The notes below the pieces were generated by a model that was given only the letters and a program-made list of their open reading frames with translations, was not told the DNA's origin and made no database searches. Of a DNA stretch of 64,000 bases, positions 47,193 to 57,460 are shown piece by piece (position 1 is the stretch's first letter; each line of letters begins with the position of its first letter). The DNA is from Phycisphaerales bacterium (GTDB taxonomy: Bacteria > Planctomycetota > Phycisphaerae > WQYP01). The stretch spans positions 24,125 to 88,124 of the forward strand of contig DAIDJN010000063.1 of NCBI GenBank assembly GCA_027451365.1, written 5' to 3'. The translations under genes and the position numbers were made by a program.

Positions 47193-49568
47193 TCAATCGG
47201 CCGCTTCCGGCGGCAATGCAATTTCCACCATTAAAGTTTGCCGCGGAAGACAGGTGCCCTGCGTGCACACAGAAGCCCGCAATGTCAGTTGCGCCTTTTG
47301 CGGTCGCATGGTGCAGGCAAGGCCCAAGCGGCACACCAATTCCACTTCTCCAATCAGCCCGGTCGGCGCATCGGGCCACAGGCCAACCGGCACTGGCGGC
47401 GGTGAATCAACGGAAATCAGCCAAACGCCGGACGAAGGTGTGAGCTGCCACGTTAAGCCGAGTGACTCGCCCGCTGTAAGCTCAATATAGTAATTCGGAG
47501 CGATACGCAACCGCAGTGGAACTTCCAGGATAACTTCGCTGTTTGATGATGGAACTTGGCGCACCGAAAATGATTCATTGATTTCAAGAATTAAATTGGT
47601 CTTCGATTGTTCGCGGACGGAATTACCTGCGTCGAATATGGGTGCCGACAGAGATGTCCCTGATTCATTCTCGCGGGCGGCGCTGGTCAGCAGGGCTGCA
47701 AGAAGTGAGTGATGTCCGGTGGGGTGACGTTGAATGTCGGCGGCGGCCCATTGCGCGTTGCGCATGGCCAACTCTTGAAAATCGGGACGATTTAATTTTT
47801 CAGCAAGTTCCAGCAGGGCGTGAATCGCCAGTGCGTTGGGTGATGGAATCGCGTTGTCCAGAACCGGCTTCAAACGAACCATCAACGCATCGTGGCGGTG
47901 TGAGGTTCCAAAAAAGCCGCCGCAATCGGTATCCAGAAAGTCGCGTATCAATTCATCGGCCAGTTTTGCGGCGCGGTGCCAGGTGTCTGTGGCCGCCGGA
48001 TTTTTCCACTGTTCCAGGCTTCTGGCCAGTCGCACCAAACCATCAAGCAGGAACGCGTAATCTTCCAGGTAAGCTGGACCGGTGGCGGTTCCATTGCGGC
48101 TCATGTGAAGCAGTGTTCCCTTGGAATCGCGATGCAGCTGGAAAAGCGCGTCAGCGCAGCGCTGGGCGGCGTGAAGGTAGTGATCATAATTCAGGGCTGT
48201 GCTGGCGGCCGCCAAAGAGGCGATTAACAGTCCGTTCCAGCCCGTGAGAATTTTATCATCCAATGCGGGGGAATTGCGCTTATTCCGCGCGGCCAGCAGG
48301 CGGCCGCGAAGCTGATTTAATCGTGATTGAATGACGGTCGGATCGGCCGTTGAATCAGCTGCAATCTGGCCGGCATCGGCCGCCAGATATAACACGTTAA
48401 CCGATTCCCAGTTGCCAGCGGGCGATATTCCAAAATGGCGAGCCAGCAGGTCGCGGTCCGCGCTTTCGGGAAACAAACCGCATAATTCTTCCCAAGGCCA
48501 GACATAAAATTTCCCTTCCTCTCCATCGCTGTCGGCATCTAATGCGGAAAAAAATAAGCCCCGCGAATCGGTCATGGAGTTTAACCAGAAATCCAGCGTG
48601 CCGCGCGCGGTTTGTATCCAGAACGGGTCGTGAAATAATTTGCCGGCGCGGGCATAAATGCCGGCGAGCTGGGCATTGTCATACAGCATTTTTTCAAAGT
48701 GAGGGGCGAGCCATTTTTCATCGGTGCTGTAGCGTGCGAAGCCGCCGGCAAGCTGGTCATAAATGCCGCCGCGGGCCATCTGTTCCAGGGTAATGGCCAG
48801 CATTCGACCAGCGGTTGACTGCAGATGCGCGGGCAGATGGAGACCTGGTGACGGCTTTTTGGATGCGGCAATTTCCGCCATGGTAAGCCACAGATTCAGG
48901 GCATGGTGCGGCGGAAATTTTGGCGCTCCGCGGGACCCGCCAAAGGTGTCATCAAAACCTGCGAGTTCAGCGGCCACGGCATCGGCGATGCATTTGCGCA
49001 AGTCGATTTCCGATTTTCCGGCGGCTGTGGATGAAACGTGCTGCGCGATGGCGGCAACAATATCGGCGGCCTGTTTTTCGACATCCGTACGCTTACGGGT
49101 AAAGGCATCGGCCAGGGTACCCAGCACGCGGGCGAAGCCGGGCCGGTTATAACGGTCTTCCGGCGGGAAATAGGTTCCGGCGTAAAACGGTTTGAGATCG
49201 GGCGTCAGCCAGACGCTCATGGGCCAGCCGCCTGACCCTGTAAGCAATTGCGTGGCGATCATGTACGTTTCATCAATGTCGGGATGTTCTTCGCGATCAA
49301 CCTTGATGCAGATAAAATGAGAGTTAAGTATTTCGGCGATTTGCGGGTTTTCAAAACTTTCGCGTTCCATCACATGGCACCAGTGGCAGGCGGAATAACC
49401 GATCGAAAGAAAAATGGGACGGTTCAACTCACGGGCCGAGGCGATGGCGTCCGGTGACCAGGGCCACCAATCCACCGGGTTGTGCGCGTGCTGGCGCAAA
49501 TATGGGCTGATGCTGTTGGCCAGACGGTTCGCCTGGCGGGCGTTTGTGGACTGGGCGCTATGCGTCAT
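47193..49568 (-). CDS. Thioredoxin-domain protein of the DUF255/YyaL family with an additional C-terminal domain
   Basis: N-terminal NPVDWWPWSPDAIASARELNRPIFLSIGYSACHWCHVMERESF is the DUF255 thioredoxin-like CxxC region; the alpha/alpha-toroid body follows. At 791 aa it is about 110 aa longer than typical family members. Confidence 0.8.
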   Translation of the reverse strand: MTHSAQSTNARQANRLANSISPYLRQHAHNPVDWWPWSPDAIASARELNRPIFLSIGYSACHWCHVMERESFENPQIAEILNSHFICIKVDREEHPDIDETYMIATQLLTGSGGWPMSVWLTPDLKPFYAGTYFPPEDRYNRPGFARVLGTLADAFTRKRTDVEKQAADIVAAIAQHVSSTAAGKSEIDLRKCIADAVAAELAGFDDTFGGSRGAPKFPPHHALNLWLTMAEIAASKKPSPGLHLPAHLQSTAGRMLAITLEQMARGGIYDQLAGGFARYSTDEKWLAPHFEKMLYDNAQLAGIYARAGKLFHDPFWIQTARGTLDFWLNSMTDSRGLFFSALDADSDGEEGKFYVWPWEELCGLFPESADRDLLARHFGISPAGNWESVNVLYLAADAGQIAADSTADPTVIQSRLNQLRGRLLAARNKRNSPALDDKILTGWNGLLIASLAAASTALNYDHYLHAAQRCADALFQLHRDSKGTLLHMSRNGTATGPAYLEDYAFLLDGLVRLARSLEQWKNPAATDTWHRAAKLADELIRDFLDTDCGGFFGTSHRHDALMVRLKPVLDNAIPSPNALAIHALLELAEKLNRPDFQELAMRNAQWAAADIQRHPTGHHSLLAALLTSAARENESGTSLSAPIFDAGNSVREQSKTNLILEINESFSVRQVPSSNSEVILEVPLRLRIAPNYYIELTAGESLGLTWQLTPSSGVWLISVDSPPPVPVGLWPDAPTGLIGEVELVCRLGLACTMRPQKAQLTLRASVCTQGTCLPRQTLMVEIALPPEAAD

Positions 49569-50305
49569 ACGGTATATATCCTGAGGCTTGGATATCTGCC
49601 GAGTCCGCTACATAACGGATCGGGCGCTTTGATTCCATTTCAATTCTAACCGTTGCGGGCGGGGATTTCCTGATTTGCAAATCATGGCGACTGAAAAATT
49701 GTCAACTGGCTTGCCGCACTTATTAAGCCAGTTTCTTAAGGCGGCTATTGGGAAGGCGTGACCACGCATCAACCGACTTTTTTTGCGGCGCAGTCCTTCC
49801 ACTCCGCACGAAGTTAACGTGCGATGGTGTGCGGATGGCGGGTGGAGCGGTCCTGTTCGGGAATCGGCAATTCCACTGCATTCCAAGGCGTTTTGGCGCA
49901 GAGTTCCGGAGCCATTGACTACACGCTTAATTTTTTTGCCGCCCCCCCATCGGATAGGTTGCGATCGCGTTGTTGGATACATTGCTGATCGTCCGCCCCA
50001 TCGCAAACCCGCCGCCATGCCGGATTAAGCCTGTCTTAAAATAAGTCATGAATAACCAGGAGCGGAATAACTTCGCAAATCTTGAACCAGGCAACAGGCC
50101 CAAAACAAATGAGGTGCGGTATAGGCGGCAAAAGTCGCGCGGAATAATCGAAGAGTTGTCGGCCACCAGTGCGGCGGCGCGAGTTTTGCTTGGAAGCGGC
50201 AGTTTCGATTTCGAGCGTAACATCGCTGATTTAATTATAAAAATATGGAAAAAATTTCGCTAACGGCGAAATATAAAAGTGGCGTGGCTTTTTATCGGTC
50301 CACAG

Positions 50306-50334
50306 TTGACATCGTGACGGGTTGGTTTAGTATC
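50306..50334 (+). promoter_or_regulatory. Sigma-70-like promoter candidate (TTGACA-N16-TAGTAT) upstream of the APH-family kinase
   Basis: Read in the sequence about 95 nt upstream of the ATG at 50427, within an 860-bp divergent intergenic region. Confidence 0.25.
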
Positions 50335-50426
50335 AATATAAACGAAATGAGAATTCGCAAGTTGAATTCCAAAAGTTCCATAAAGGGAGAGCCGCTGTTA
50401 CGAAGGTCTTGGCGGACTGAATAACG

Positions 50427-51467
50427 ATGAGTGAACGCGAAAAATATGCTGCCGATGAGCTGGCGATTGTGCTAAGCCATTACGATATTGGGGTGATAAG
50501 CGCGGTCAAGGAATTTCCCCGCGGATCGCGTAAGGCGCCGAAACTGCTGATACGTTCGGACCGTGGGGAATTTCTGCTAAAAAGGCGGGCCAAAGGGAAA
50601 GACGATCCGTTTAAGGTGGCGTTTTGTCACGCCCTGCAGTTGTTTCTGGCGGAAAAGCAATTTCCGTTACCCCATCTGATTGGCACGCGCAAAGAAAATA
50701 ATTCCATGCTTCAGACGCTGGGGGGCATTTACGAGTTGTTTGAATACATTCGCGGAAACAGCTACGACAATTCACTGGAAGCCACGCACGATTCAGGACG
50801 TATTTTAGCGCTGTATCATAAACTGCTTCGGGACCATACCTCGGAATATGAGCCGCCAACCGGAAGTTACCATAATTCGCGGCATATAGGCAGCAGTCTG
50901 GATCAGATACCGGCGACATTTTCGCGCGCGCCGCGGATCCCTACGGAAGCCTCGCAGATTGCAGATATTCTGGAAGTGTTGCGCGCCGCCTATGTCGCGG
51001 CCGCGGCACGGGTGAATCGGGCTGGTCTGCAGGATTGGCCATTGCAGGTGGTTCATTGCGACTGGCACCCCGGCAACATGCTGTTTCGAAACCAGCGCGT
51101 TGTGGCGGTAATCGATTACGATTCAGCGCGGCTGCAACAGCGCATCATTGACCTGGCAAACGGAGTGTTGCAGTTTTCGATCATTGGCGGAGGGGACGAT
51201 CCATCCACCTGGCCCGACCATGTGGATGAAGCCCGGTTTGAACGGTTCATCCGCGGGTACGACTCGGTGGATATGATCAGCACTGCAGAAATGCAGACGA
51301 TCCCATGGCTGATGGTGGAGGCGATGGTTGCCGAAAGCGCATTTCACATTGCCGCCACCGGTTCGTTTGGACGAATTGAGGGGTTTGGATTTTTGAAAAT
51401 GATTGATAGAAAAGTCAAATGGGTGACAGAACATGCCGACCGTCTGGTTCGGCTTGTGTCCGGATAA
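50427..51467 (+). CDS. Aminoglycoside-phosphotransferase (APH)-family kinase (homoserine kinase II / RdoA-SrkA-like)
   Basis: VVHCDWHPGNMLF is the catalytic-loop HxDxxxxN (Brenner motif); VIDYDSA is the DxD metal-binding motif. Confidence 0.75.
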   Translation: MSEREKYAADELAIVLSHYDIGVISAVKEFPRGSRKAPKLLIRSDRGEFLLKRRAKGKDDPFKVAFCHALQLFLAEKQFPLPHLIGTRKENNSMLQTLGGIYELFEYIRGNSYDNSLEATHDSGRILALYHKLLRDHTSEYEPPTGSYHNSRHIGSSLDQIPATFSRAPRIPTEASQIADILEVLRAAYVAAAARVNRAGLQDWPLQVVHCDWHPGNMLFRNQRVVAVIDYDSARLQQRIIDLANGVLQFSIIGGGDDPSTWPDHVDEARFERFIRGYDSVDMISTAEMQTIPWLMVEAMVAESAFHIAATGSFGRIEGFGFLKMIDRKVKWVTEHADRLVRLVSG

Positions 51468-51731
51468 GGGAGGCGGGTTTCCGCCCGCGTGACGGATAAT
51501 TCGTATTAGCGAATTTCCTGAATTACGCCGCCCTTAGTTCAACTGGCGTTGAAACGGTTATACGATTATTATATACACCTGAGGGAACGGATTGGACGAG
51601 TGCTTTTCAATGTCTGCCGGCGCGTTGGACTTTTCTGCTTCTTCGGAACGTCAGGTTTGATATTATTGGGAGTTGGGACGGGCTAACTTCAGCAGGTGCC
51701 AGAGGTTGCCCAGTAATTGCAGGAGTGTGTT

Positions 51732-52061
51732 ATGAATATTCTTGTGCCGCAAATAAATCTTCGCGGAGATTACGTGCAAATTTGTGAACGCCTCCGTCAG
51801 GTGCGCGTGCAGGTATGCGGCCGCCGTGGCCAGTCGCGATTCGCGTTTCTGCTGGGGCTTTCACCATCCACGTATAACTATTACGAGAAGAAACGCATTC
51901 CGCCTGTGGAAGTGCTGGATTTAGCGGCCAAGGTAACCGGTGCTCCGCTCATGTGGCTGATTCGGGGGGAACCGGAAACCTTTCAACTTTCCACATTAAT
52001 TTACATTGTGGGTGAATTGCCGGAAAAACCGACCAAAGATACCGCCTCCGCCGACGACTGA
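51732..52061 (+). CDS. XRE-family helix-turn-helix regulator
   Basis: LRQVRVQVCGRRGQSRFAFLLGLSPSTYNYYEKKRIPPVEVLDLAAKVTG is a Cro/C1-type HTH. The ATG at 51732 has GGAGTG upstream. Confidence 0.7.
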   Translation: MNILVPQINLRGDYVQICERLRQVRVQVCGRRGQSRFAFLLGLSPSTYNYYEKKRIPPVEVLDLAAKVTGAPLMWLIRGEPETFQLSTLIYIVGELPEKPTKDTASADD

Positions 52062-52263
52062 CTCATGGGCATCCTCACCCGCCTGGGGGCATTGGCACAC
52101 AGGCGGTTGGCAACTCGCGACGGCGTTAAACGCGTTCCAGAAATAGCCGATCACAGAATTCATACTTTTGTTCTTGCACCGGCGCGAAATGCAATCGTGG
52201 GGCCGGTATTTTCAAAACAATTGAAGTTATTTCGTAAGACTTACCGGTACTGCGGCGACTGAT

Positions 52264-54297
52264 ATGATACGCGGTGGCGTCATGCCGGCGTTGAATGTAA
52301 GGAATCTGATGTTGCGTGATCGATACATTCTGGTGGCCCGCTCGCGGGGTGTCTGGTTGGCCGCACGGGCGATCCGGAGTTGGGCACTCCTCGTTGCGAT
52401 GGCGTATGTTGCGGTTGGCCTTACCGGCGGCGGACTGGCTAGAGCCGGAGAAATGGCCGTAAAACTAACCGCTGTGCCGGCGGCCGTGCACGCAGGCGCG
52501 AAGTTCCGCCTGAAAGTGCATATAAATGTAAACGCGGGCTTTCATATTCAATCCGCGCATCCGCTGGACAAAGATTTTATTCCGACCAAGCTTACGCCGG
52601 AAGCCAATAGCGACATTCAATTTGGACCGGTGCAATATCCCAAAGCCGTGCTGTTGCCGGCGTCGACGGCTCTTACGGCCGCGGGAAAAATATCGGTATA
52701 TCTTAACGACGTTTCGGTATGGATTCCGGCACGGCTCAAGGCCGACACTCCGACTGGTGATTTGATTCTGAAAGTCGATTTTCAGGCCCAGGCGTGCAAC
52801 GATCAGACATGCTTTATGCCGGTGCAAAAAACCTTGACTGTACGGGTGCAGGTGTTGCCGGCTTTGTCCAAAGGGGGGACCGCACCGTCCGGCGGAGCCG
52901 TTGGAAAACAGTCAATCGGTTTGCCGCACCAAATGCCAGCCGCAAATTTGCCTGCAACAGGAGTGGCTTCATCCAGTCGGCCAGGTGGCCTCCAGCCAGC
53001 GCGGTCGGCACCGCGGGAATCCATTCAACAGCAGTTGCAGATCATTCAATCGCGGCCCTACCATGTACCACACGAACATTTGCCGTTGTGGGAGTTAATT
53101 GTTTCAGCGCTTTTGGGTGGGCTTATTCTGAATGTCATGCCCTGCGTGCTACCAGTCATACCGTTAAAAGTTCTTTCAATGGTGCAGCAGGCCCATGGCA
53201 ACCGGAGGCGGGCGGTGGTGCACGCGCTGGCATTTTCCGCGGGGATTATTTCATTGTTTGCCGGACTGGCGACGGCGATGGGTATTTACCGTTGGCGGAC
53301 TCATCAACATTTGATGTACGGCATGCAGTACAGCCATCCGGAATTTCTGCTGGTGCTGGGCCTTGTGGTAATGGCGCTGGCGTTATCCATGCTGGGAGTC
53401 TGGACGATTTCAGCGCCGCGGGCCGTGACAAATTTGGAGGTTCCGCAGGGTGGCCTGGCCAGTTCATTTGCCATGGGACTTTTGGCGACCATTCTGGCCA
53501 CGCCATGCAGTGCGCCATATCTGGGGCCACTGTTTGCGGTCACCTTGGCGGCACCAACCGGAATCATCGTTCTTTTTTTTATGTTGATCGGTGTTGGCAT
53601 GGCGGTGCCTTATGTGATACTGGCGGCGTTTCCGCAATGGCTGAATCGCGTGCCGCGCGCGGGGCGATGGTCTGAACTGCTTAAGCAGGCGTTGGGCCTT
53701 GTGATGGTGGGTGTGGCGATCTATCTTTTAAGCAGCCTGCCGTCACAACATGCGCTGATTTTAGCACTGGCGCTGACCTTGGTGCTTGGAGTGGTGTTGT
53801 GGGTGTGGGGGCAGGCGATAAGTTACTCCATGCCAGCGGGCCAGATATGGACCATTCGCGGTGCGGCGCTGGCTTTTGGATTGGCAGTGGCGACGGGGCT
53901 ATGGTTATACAACGGAGGCCTGAATCCGCGGGAGCATATTGGAAGTGGCCGTTGGCGACCGTTTACACTTCAGCGGTTGGATGCCGGGCTGCAAAACCAT
54001 CGGCCGGTGGTGGTGGATTTTACGGCGTCATGGTGCATCAATTGTCATTACGTCAAGCATTTTGTTCTGGATACCATTCCGGTACGGAACAGCTTTCGCA
54101 AGGGCGATGTCCTGCTTCTGCGTGCCGATCTGACGGACGAGCCGCCGGTGGAAAAAGCACTGCTTTACAAGCTGGGCTGGCGATCTATTCCGGTACTGGC
54201 GGTATTTTCGCCGGCGCATCCGTATGCACCGAAAATATTGCATGATCTGTATTCTGCGCAGGCGGTAGAGACCGCGGTAAGCCAGGCGGGCGGCTAG
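52264..54297 (+). CDS. dsbD: Thiol:disulfide interchange protein DsbD (alpha, beta/TM and gamma/thioredoxin domains)
   Basis: N-terminal domain Cys pair ACNDQTC; TM domain NVMPCVLPVIP and ATPCSAPYLGP (CcdA/DsbD-beta Cys residues); C-terminal VVVDFTASWCINCH thioredoxin CxxC. The N-terminal start is uncertain (ATG 52264 vs downstream Met codons). Confidence 0.85.
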   Translation: MIRGGVMPALNVRNLMLRDRYILVARSRGVWLAARAIRSWALLVAMAYVAVGLTGGGLARAGEMAVKLTAVPAAVHAGAKFRLKVHINVNAGFHIQSAHPLDKDFIPTKLTPEANSDIQFGPVQYPKAVLLPASTALTAAGKISVYLNDVSVWIPARLKADTPTGDLILKVDFQAQACNDQTCFMPVQKTLTVRVQVLPALSKGGTAPSGGAVGKQSIGLPHQMPAANLPATGVASSSRPGGLQPARSAPRESIQQQLQIIQSRPYHVPHEHLPLWELIVSALLGGLILNVMPCVLPVIPLKVLSMVQQAHGNRRRAVVHALAFSAGIISLFAGLATAMGIYRWRTHQHLMYGMQYSHPEFLLVLGLVVMALALSMLGVWTISAPRAVTNLEVPQGGLASSFAMGLLATILATPCSAPYLGPLFAVTLAAPTGIIVLFFMLIGVGMAVPYVILAAFPQWLNRVPRAGRWSELLKQALGLVMVGVAIYLLSSLPSQHALILALALTLVLGVVLWVWGQAISYSMPAGQIWTIRGAALAFGLAVATGLWLYNGGLNPREHIGSGRWRPFTLQRLDAGLQNHRPVVVDFTASWCINCHYVKHFVLDTIPVRNSFRKGDVLLLRADLTDEPPVEKALLYKLGWRSIPVLAVFSPAHPYAPKILHDLYSAQAVETAVSQAGG

Positions 54298-54362
54298 GTG
54301 GCCGGCCTGTTTGCGAACGGAGGGGATTTCGCATGCAGCACGGGTAGCCGAATACCGGGGGC

Positions 54363-55646
54363 TTATTTAGCCAATAGAATAATGATAATAACAATTGCAA
54401 AGGCCAGCAGCCCAAGCAGGCTAAGCACGAGTGGATCGGTAAATTTCTGGCTAAGGGTTCGGGAGGCCATGTCGATCGTTTTCTGGTGGTCCAGATCGGT
54501 CAAAGATGATTGTTCATCCATCGGTTCGCCTCCGGTGTTTTTATCCAGATTGGCAAGTGAAGTCAGGTCATACGATTTTCTGGCCAGCAGCGGCGGCTGG
54601 CCAGCGGCGACCGCCTGCAGGTCGGCCAGCATATCTTCCGTGTTGGCGTACCGCTTTTTTGCATCTTTGGCCATGGCCACTTCAATAATTTCCCCTACGC
54701 CGGCGCTAAGGGAAGTGACGATATGGTCGGGCGGAATAAGTTCCTCTTTCAGGTGTTTATGCATGACCGCGGCCGGCGAAGCCGCTTCAAACGGCACGCG
54801 GCCAGTGACCATGTGATAAAATGTGGCACCAAGAGAATAAATATCGGCACGGAAATCAATATTCACTTCGCCGCGGATCTGTTCGGGTGAAATATAATAA
54901 GGTGTCCCATAGGCCTTGCCGGCTTCCGCCAGAGCGGCGGCCTGGTCGGTGGCATCTCTCGCCAGACCCATATCGGCAAGTTTGGCGATACCGGCGGGCG
55001 TAATCATGATATTCTTTGGCTTTACATCACGGTGTATCAGGCCGTGGTGGTGGGCATGAACCAGGGCTTTGCAGACCTGGATGATAATATCGAGCGCCTC
55101 TTTTTCGGCATAGGGCTTGCCGCTGTCCACAAGGTGGTCGTAGACGGTTTTTCCTTCCACAAACTCCATGACGAAGTAGTGGTAACCGCCGGATTCACCT
55201 ACATCATACGCCCCGACAATATTGGCATGGTTAAGTTTGGCCGCGGCCTTGCCTTCCATGTAAAAGCGATCAACGAATTCCTTATTCTCACTCATTTTCC
55301 GGGGCAGGACTTTAATGGCGACAAGGCGGTCCAGCGAAAGCTGCCGCGCCTTGAAAACGGTCGCCATGGCACCGGCACCCAGTTTGGAAAGTATCTGGTA
55401 GCCGGGAATCTGCTGGAAAGATTTCTGGTCATCCAGGTTGCCACGTACACGCGCCAACTGGCCAGGAGTGATATAGCCATTTTCGACCAGGAGGTCGGCG
55501 AGTGAGCGATGGTTGTTCTGGTGTTCAAGTTCGCCTTGGAGCGCCATGCAGTCGTTAAGTTCATCGCTGGTGCACAACCCCTGTTCGACAACAACGCGGC
55601 CGAGGATCGTGTCCATTTTACTGATTGTGCTGTTGCTGTCTGACAT
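54363..55646 (-). CDS. Eukaryotic-type Ser/Thr protein kinase with C-terminal TM anchor
   Basis: LGAGAMATVFKARQ (Gly-rich loop), VAIKVL (VAIK Lys), HRDVKPKNIM (catalytic loop), DMGLA (DFG-equivalent), SPE (APE), and a C-terminal TM helix. The start is moved to the ATG at 55646; the ORF-track start is a TTG. Confidence 0.85.
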   Translation of the reverse strand: MSDSNSTISKMDTILGRVVVEQGLCTSDELNDCMALQGELEHQNNHRSLADLLVENGYITPGQLARVRGNLDDQKSFQQIPGYQILSKLGAGAMATVFKARQLSLDRLVAIKVLPRKMSENKEFVDRFYMEGKAAAKLNHANIVGAYDVGESGGYHYFVMEFVEGKTVYDHLVDSGKPYAEKEALDIIIQVCKALVHAHHHGLIHRDVKPKNIMITPAGIAKLADMGLARDATDQAAALAEAGKAYGTPYYISPEQIRGEVNIDFRADIYSLGATFYHMVTGRVPFEAASPAAVMHKHLKEELIPPDHIVTSLSAGVGEIIEVAMAKDAKKRYANTEDMLADLQAVAAGQPPLLARKSYDLTSLANLDKNTGGEPMDEQSSLTDLDHQKTIDMASRTLSQKFTDPLVLSLLGLLAFAIVIIIILLAK

Positions 55647-55931
55647 AACTCTTTCGCATTCGACCAACCAGGCCCGATATTACGGATGGCAATCCAGATT
55701 GCTCCGATTTATCAGATAAGAAGTATATCGGCTCCGCAATCTGGAAAAACTGAGTTGCTTAGTTTTAAGGCCAGTCCATGCTTATTGCAAGGGGGTTTGG
55801 GTGATTGCCAGGGGCGGTCCGGCGTGGGAACGGGGAATTCGGCAACCGAATTGCGCGTTATTCGGCACAAGTCGCAACGACAGTTGGTCGTGGACTTTAC
55901 AGCCGGCCTGCGGCGCGGCAAACTGGCGTAC

Positions 55932-56906
55932 ATGAATACCGTGGAATCCGTTGTTGCTTCTGAACCTGTTTCGCCAAGTCTGGCGGTACGAATTGGCTCC
56001 CTGGCACTGGCTAATCCAACCATGACCGCATCGGGCACCTGCGGCTATGCGGACGAGTACGCCGATTTTTCCGATATGTCCCGCCTGGGCGCATTTGTTA
56101 CCAAGTCCATCAGCAAACTGCCGCGGAAAGGCAATGAAAGCTACCGCGTGATTGAAACCCGCGCTGGCATGCTTAACGCGATTGGCCTGGCCAATATCGG
56201 TCTGGACCGGTTTATTGCCGAGAAAGTCCCCCGCCTGGAAAAAATGGGGGTGCCGGTGATTGTGAATGTTCCGGGCTGGTGTATTGACGACTACGCGGAT
56301 GTGGCGGCCAAATTTGACCAGGATGTTCCCGTGGTTACCGGAATAGAACTGAATGTAAGCTGTCCGAATGTGAAAAATGGTCTAAGCTTTGGAACCGATC
56401 CGGTCCGTCTGGCGGAATTGGTGGCGACGGTGCGCAAGCGGGTTTCCCGCTGCACGCTTATCGTCAAGCTTTCACCGAATGTGGCGGATGTGGCTGTAAC
56501 GGCACGGGCCGCGGTGGACGCCGGTGCCGATGCGCTTTCGCTTGTGAATACATTTACCGCGATGGTGGTGGATGTGGAAAAAGGACGGCCCATGCTGGCC
56601 AACGGTACCGGAGGGCTAAGCGGGCCGGCCATTAAGCCGATTGCGGTATTCATGGTCCATCGGGTCTACACGCAGGTTGCCAAAGCTCACAATATTCCCA
56701 TCATCGGCATGGGCGGCATACAGACATGGAAAGATGCCGCAGAGTTTCTGCTGGCCGGTGCCACAGGTATTGCGGTGGGAACCGCGTTATTTGTGGACCC
56801 TGCCGCACCGCAGAAAATATGCGACGGTCTGACCGAATATCTTAAGCGAAAGGGCAAAAAGTCGGTCCGGGAAATTATCGGATCTCTGGACGCCGGTGCT
56901 TCATAG
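55932..56906 (+). CDS. pyrD: Dihydroorotate dehydrogenase (class 1-like catalytic subunit)
   Basis: LANPTMTASGTCGY, NVSCPNV (catalytic Cys/Ser loop), and GGLSGPAIKPIA...IIGMGGI FMN-binding motifs. The start is moved to the internal ATG (MNTVESVV); the 82-aa ORF-track extension is unsupported. Confidence 0.8.
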   Translation: MNTVESVVASEPVSPSLAVRIGSLALANPTMTASGTCGYADEYADFSDMSRLGAFVTKSISKLPRKGNESYRVIETRAGMLNAIGLANIGLDRFIAEKVPRLEKMGVPVIVNVPGWCIDDYADVAAKFDQDVPVVTGIELNVSCPNVKNGLSFGTDPVRLAELVATVRKRVSRCTLIVKLSPNVADVAVTARAAVDAGADALSLVNTFTAMVVDVEKGRPMLANGTGGLSGPAIKPIAVFMVHRVYTQVAKAHNIPIIGMGGIQTWKDAAEFLLAGATGIAVGTALFVDPAAPQKICDGLTEYLKRKGKKSVREIIGSLDAGAS

Positions 56907-56924
56907 GGTCGGCATAAAGGTCGA

Positions 56925-57395
56925 TCAACGGGTCGCGCTGGAGGTGTTATGGGCAGCGGGTGGACCAAGGGGTTCGACTCTGTCCCGACGATCCATGGCC
57001 AGGTTGGCCAAAGTATCGGGGCGGGCATTGCTTTCGCGGTACACGTGTTCCATTTTCCATTTCGGAATTTCCGCCAGCAGGCTGTGGGCGCGCGCGTGCA
57101 GCGGTTGAAGTGTGGCGTTGCGCACCTTGTAAATTCCCAGGATCTGTCGCACCACCAGTTCACTGTCGGCGCGAATGGTCAATTCGCCGGCTCCCAGGGC
57201 CTTGGCGGCCTCCACACCCCGAATAAGGGCTTTGTATTCGGCCACATTGTTGGTCGCTGTTCCGATGAATTCGCCCAGCTCGTACACGTTTTTTCCGTCC
57301 GGCGTGCGCAAAGTAAGGCCGACCGCGGCCGGACCGGGATTTCCCCGCGAGCCGCCATCAAATTGCAGCACCAGATGCCGCTGCGAAACCGTCAT
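56925..57395 (-). CDS. rnhA: Ribonuclease HI
   Basis: LQFDGGSRGNPGPAAVG is the RNase H type 1 DEDD first-Asp motif; AAGGAGAAG is upstream. Confidence 0.8.
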   Translation of the reverse strand: MTVSQRHLVLQFDGGSRGNPGPAAVGLTLRTPDGKNVYELGEFIGTATNNVAEYKALIRGVEAAKALGAGELTIRADSELVVRQILGIYKVRNATLQPLHARAHSLLAEIPKWKMEHVYRESNARPDTLANLAMDRRDRVEPLGPPAAHNTSSATR

Positions 57396-57460
57396 GACTT
57401 CTCCTTGGAAAGTTCAGTTCCGGATGCGTGGATGTCTCCGAATGGAGTTTGACCGCGAAT

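Noticed and set aside
52065-52262. 65-aa ORF between the XRE gene and dsbD
   Set aside because: It has no RBS and an Arg/Ala-rich composition typical of chance ORFs in high-GC DNA, and it overlaps the likely dsbD promoter region.
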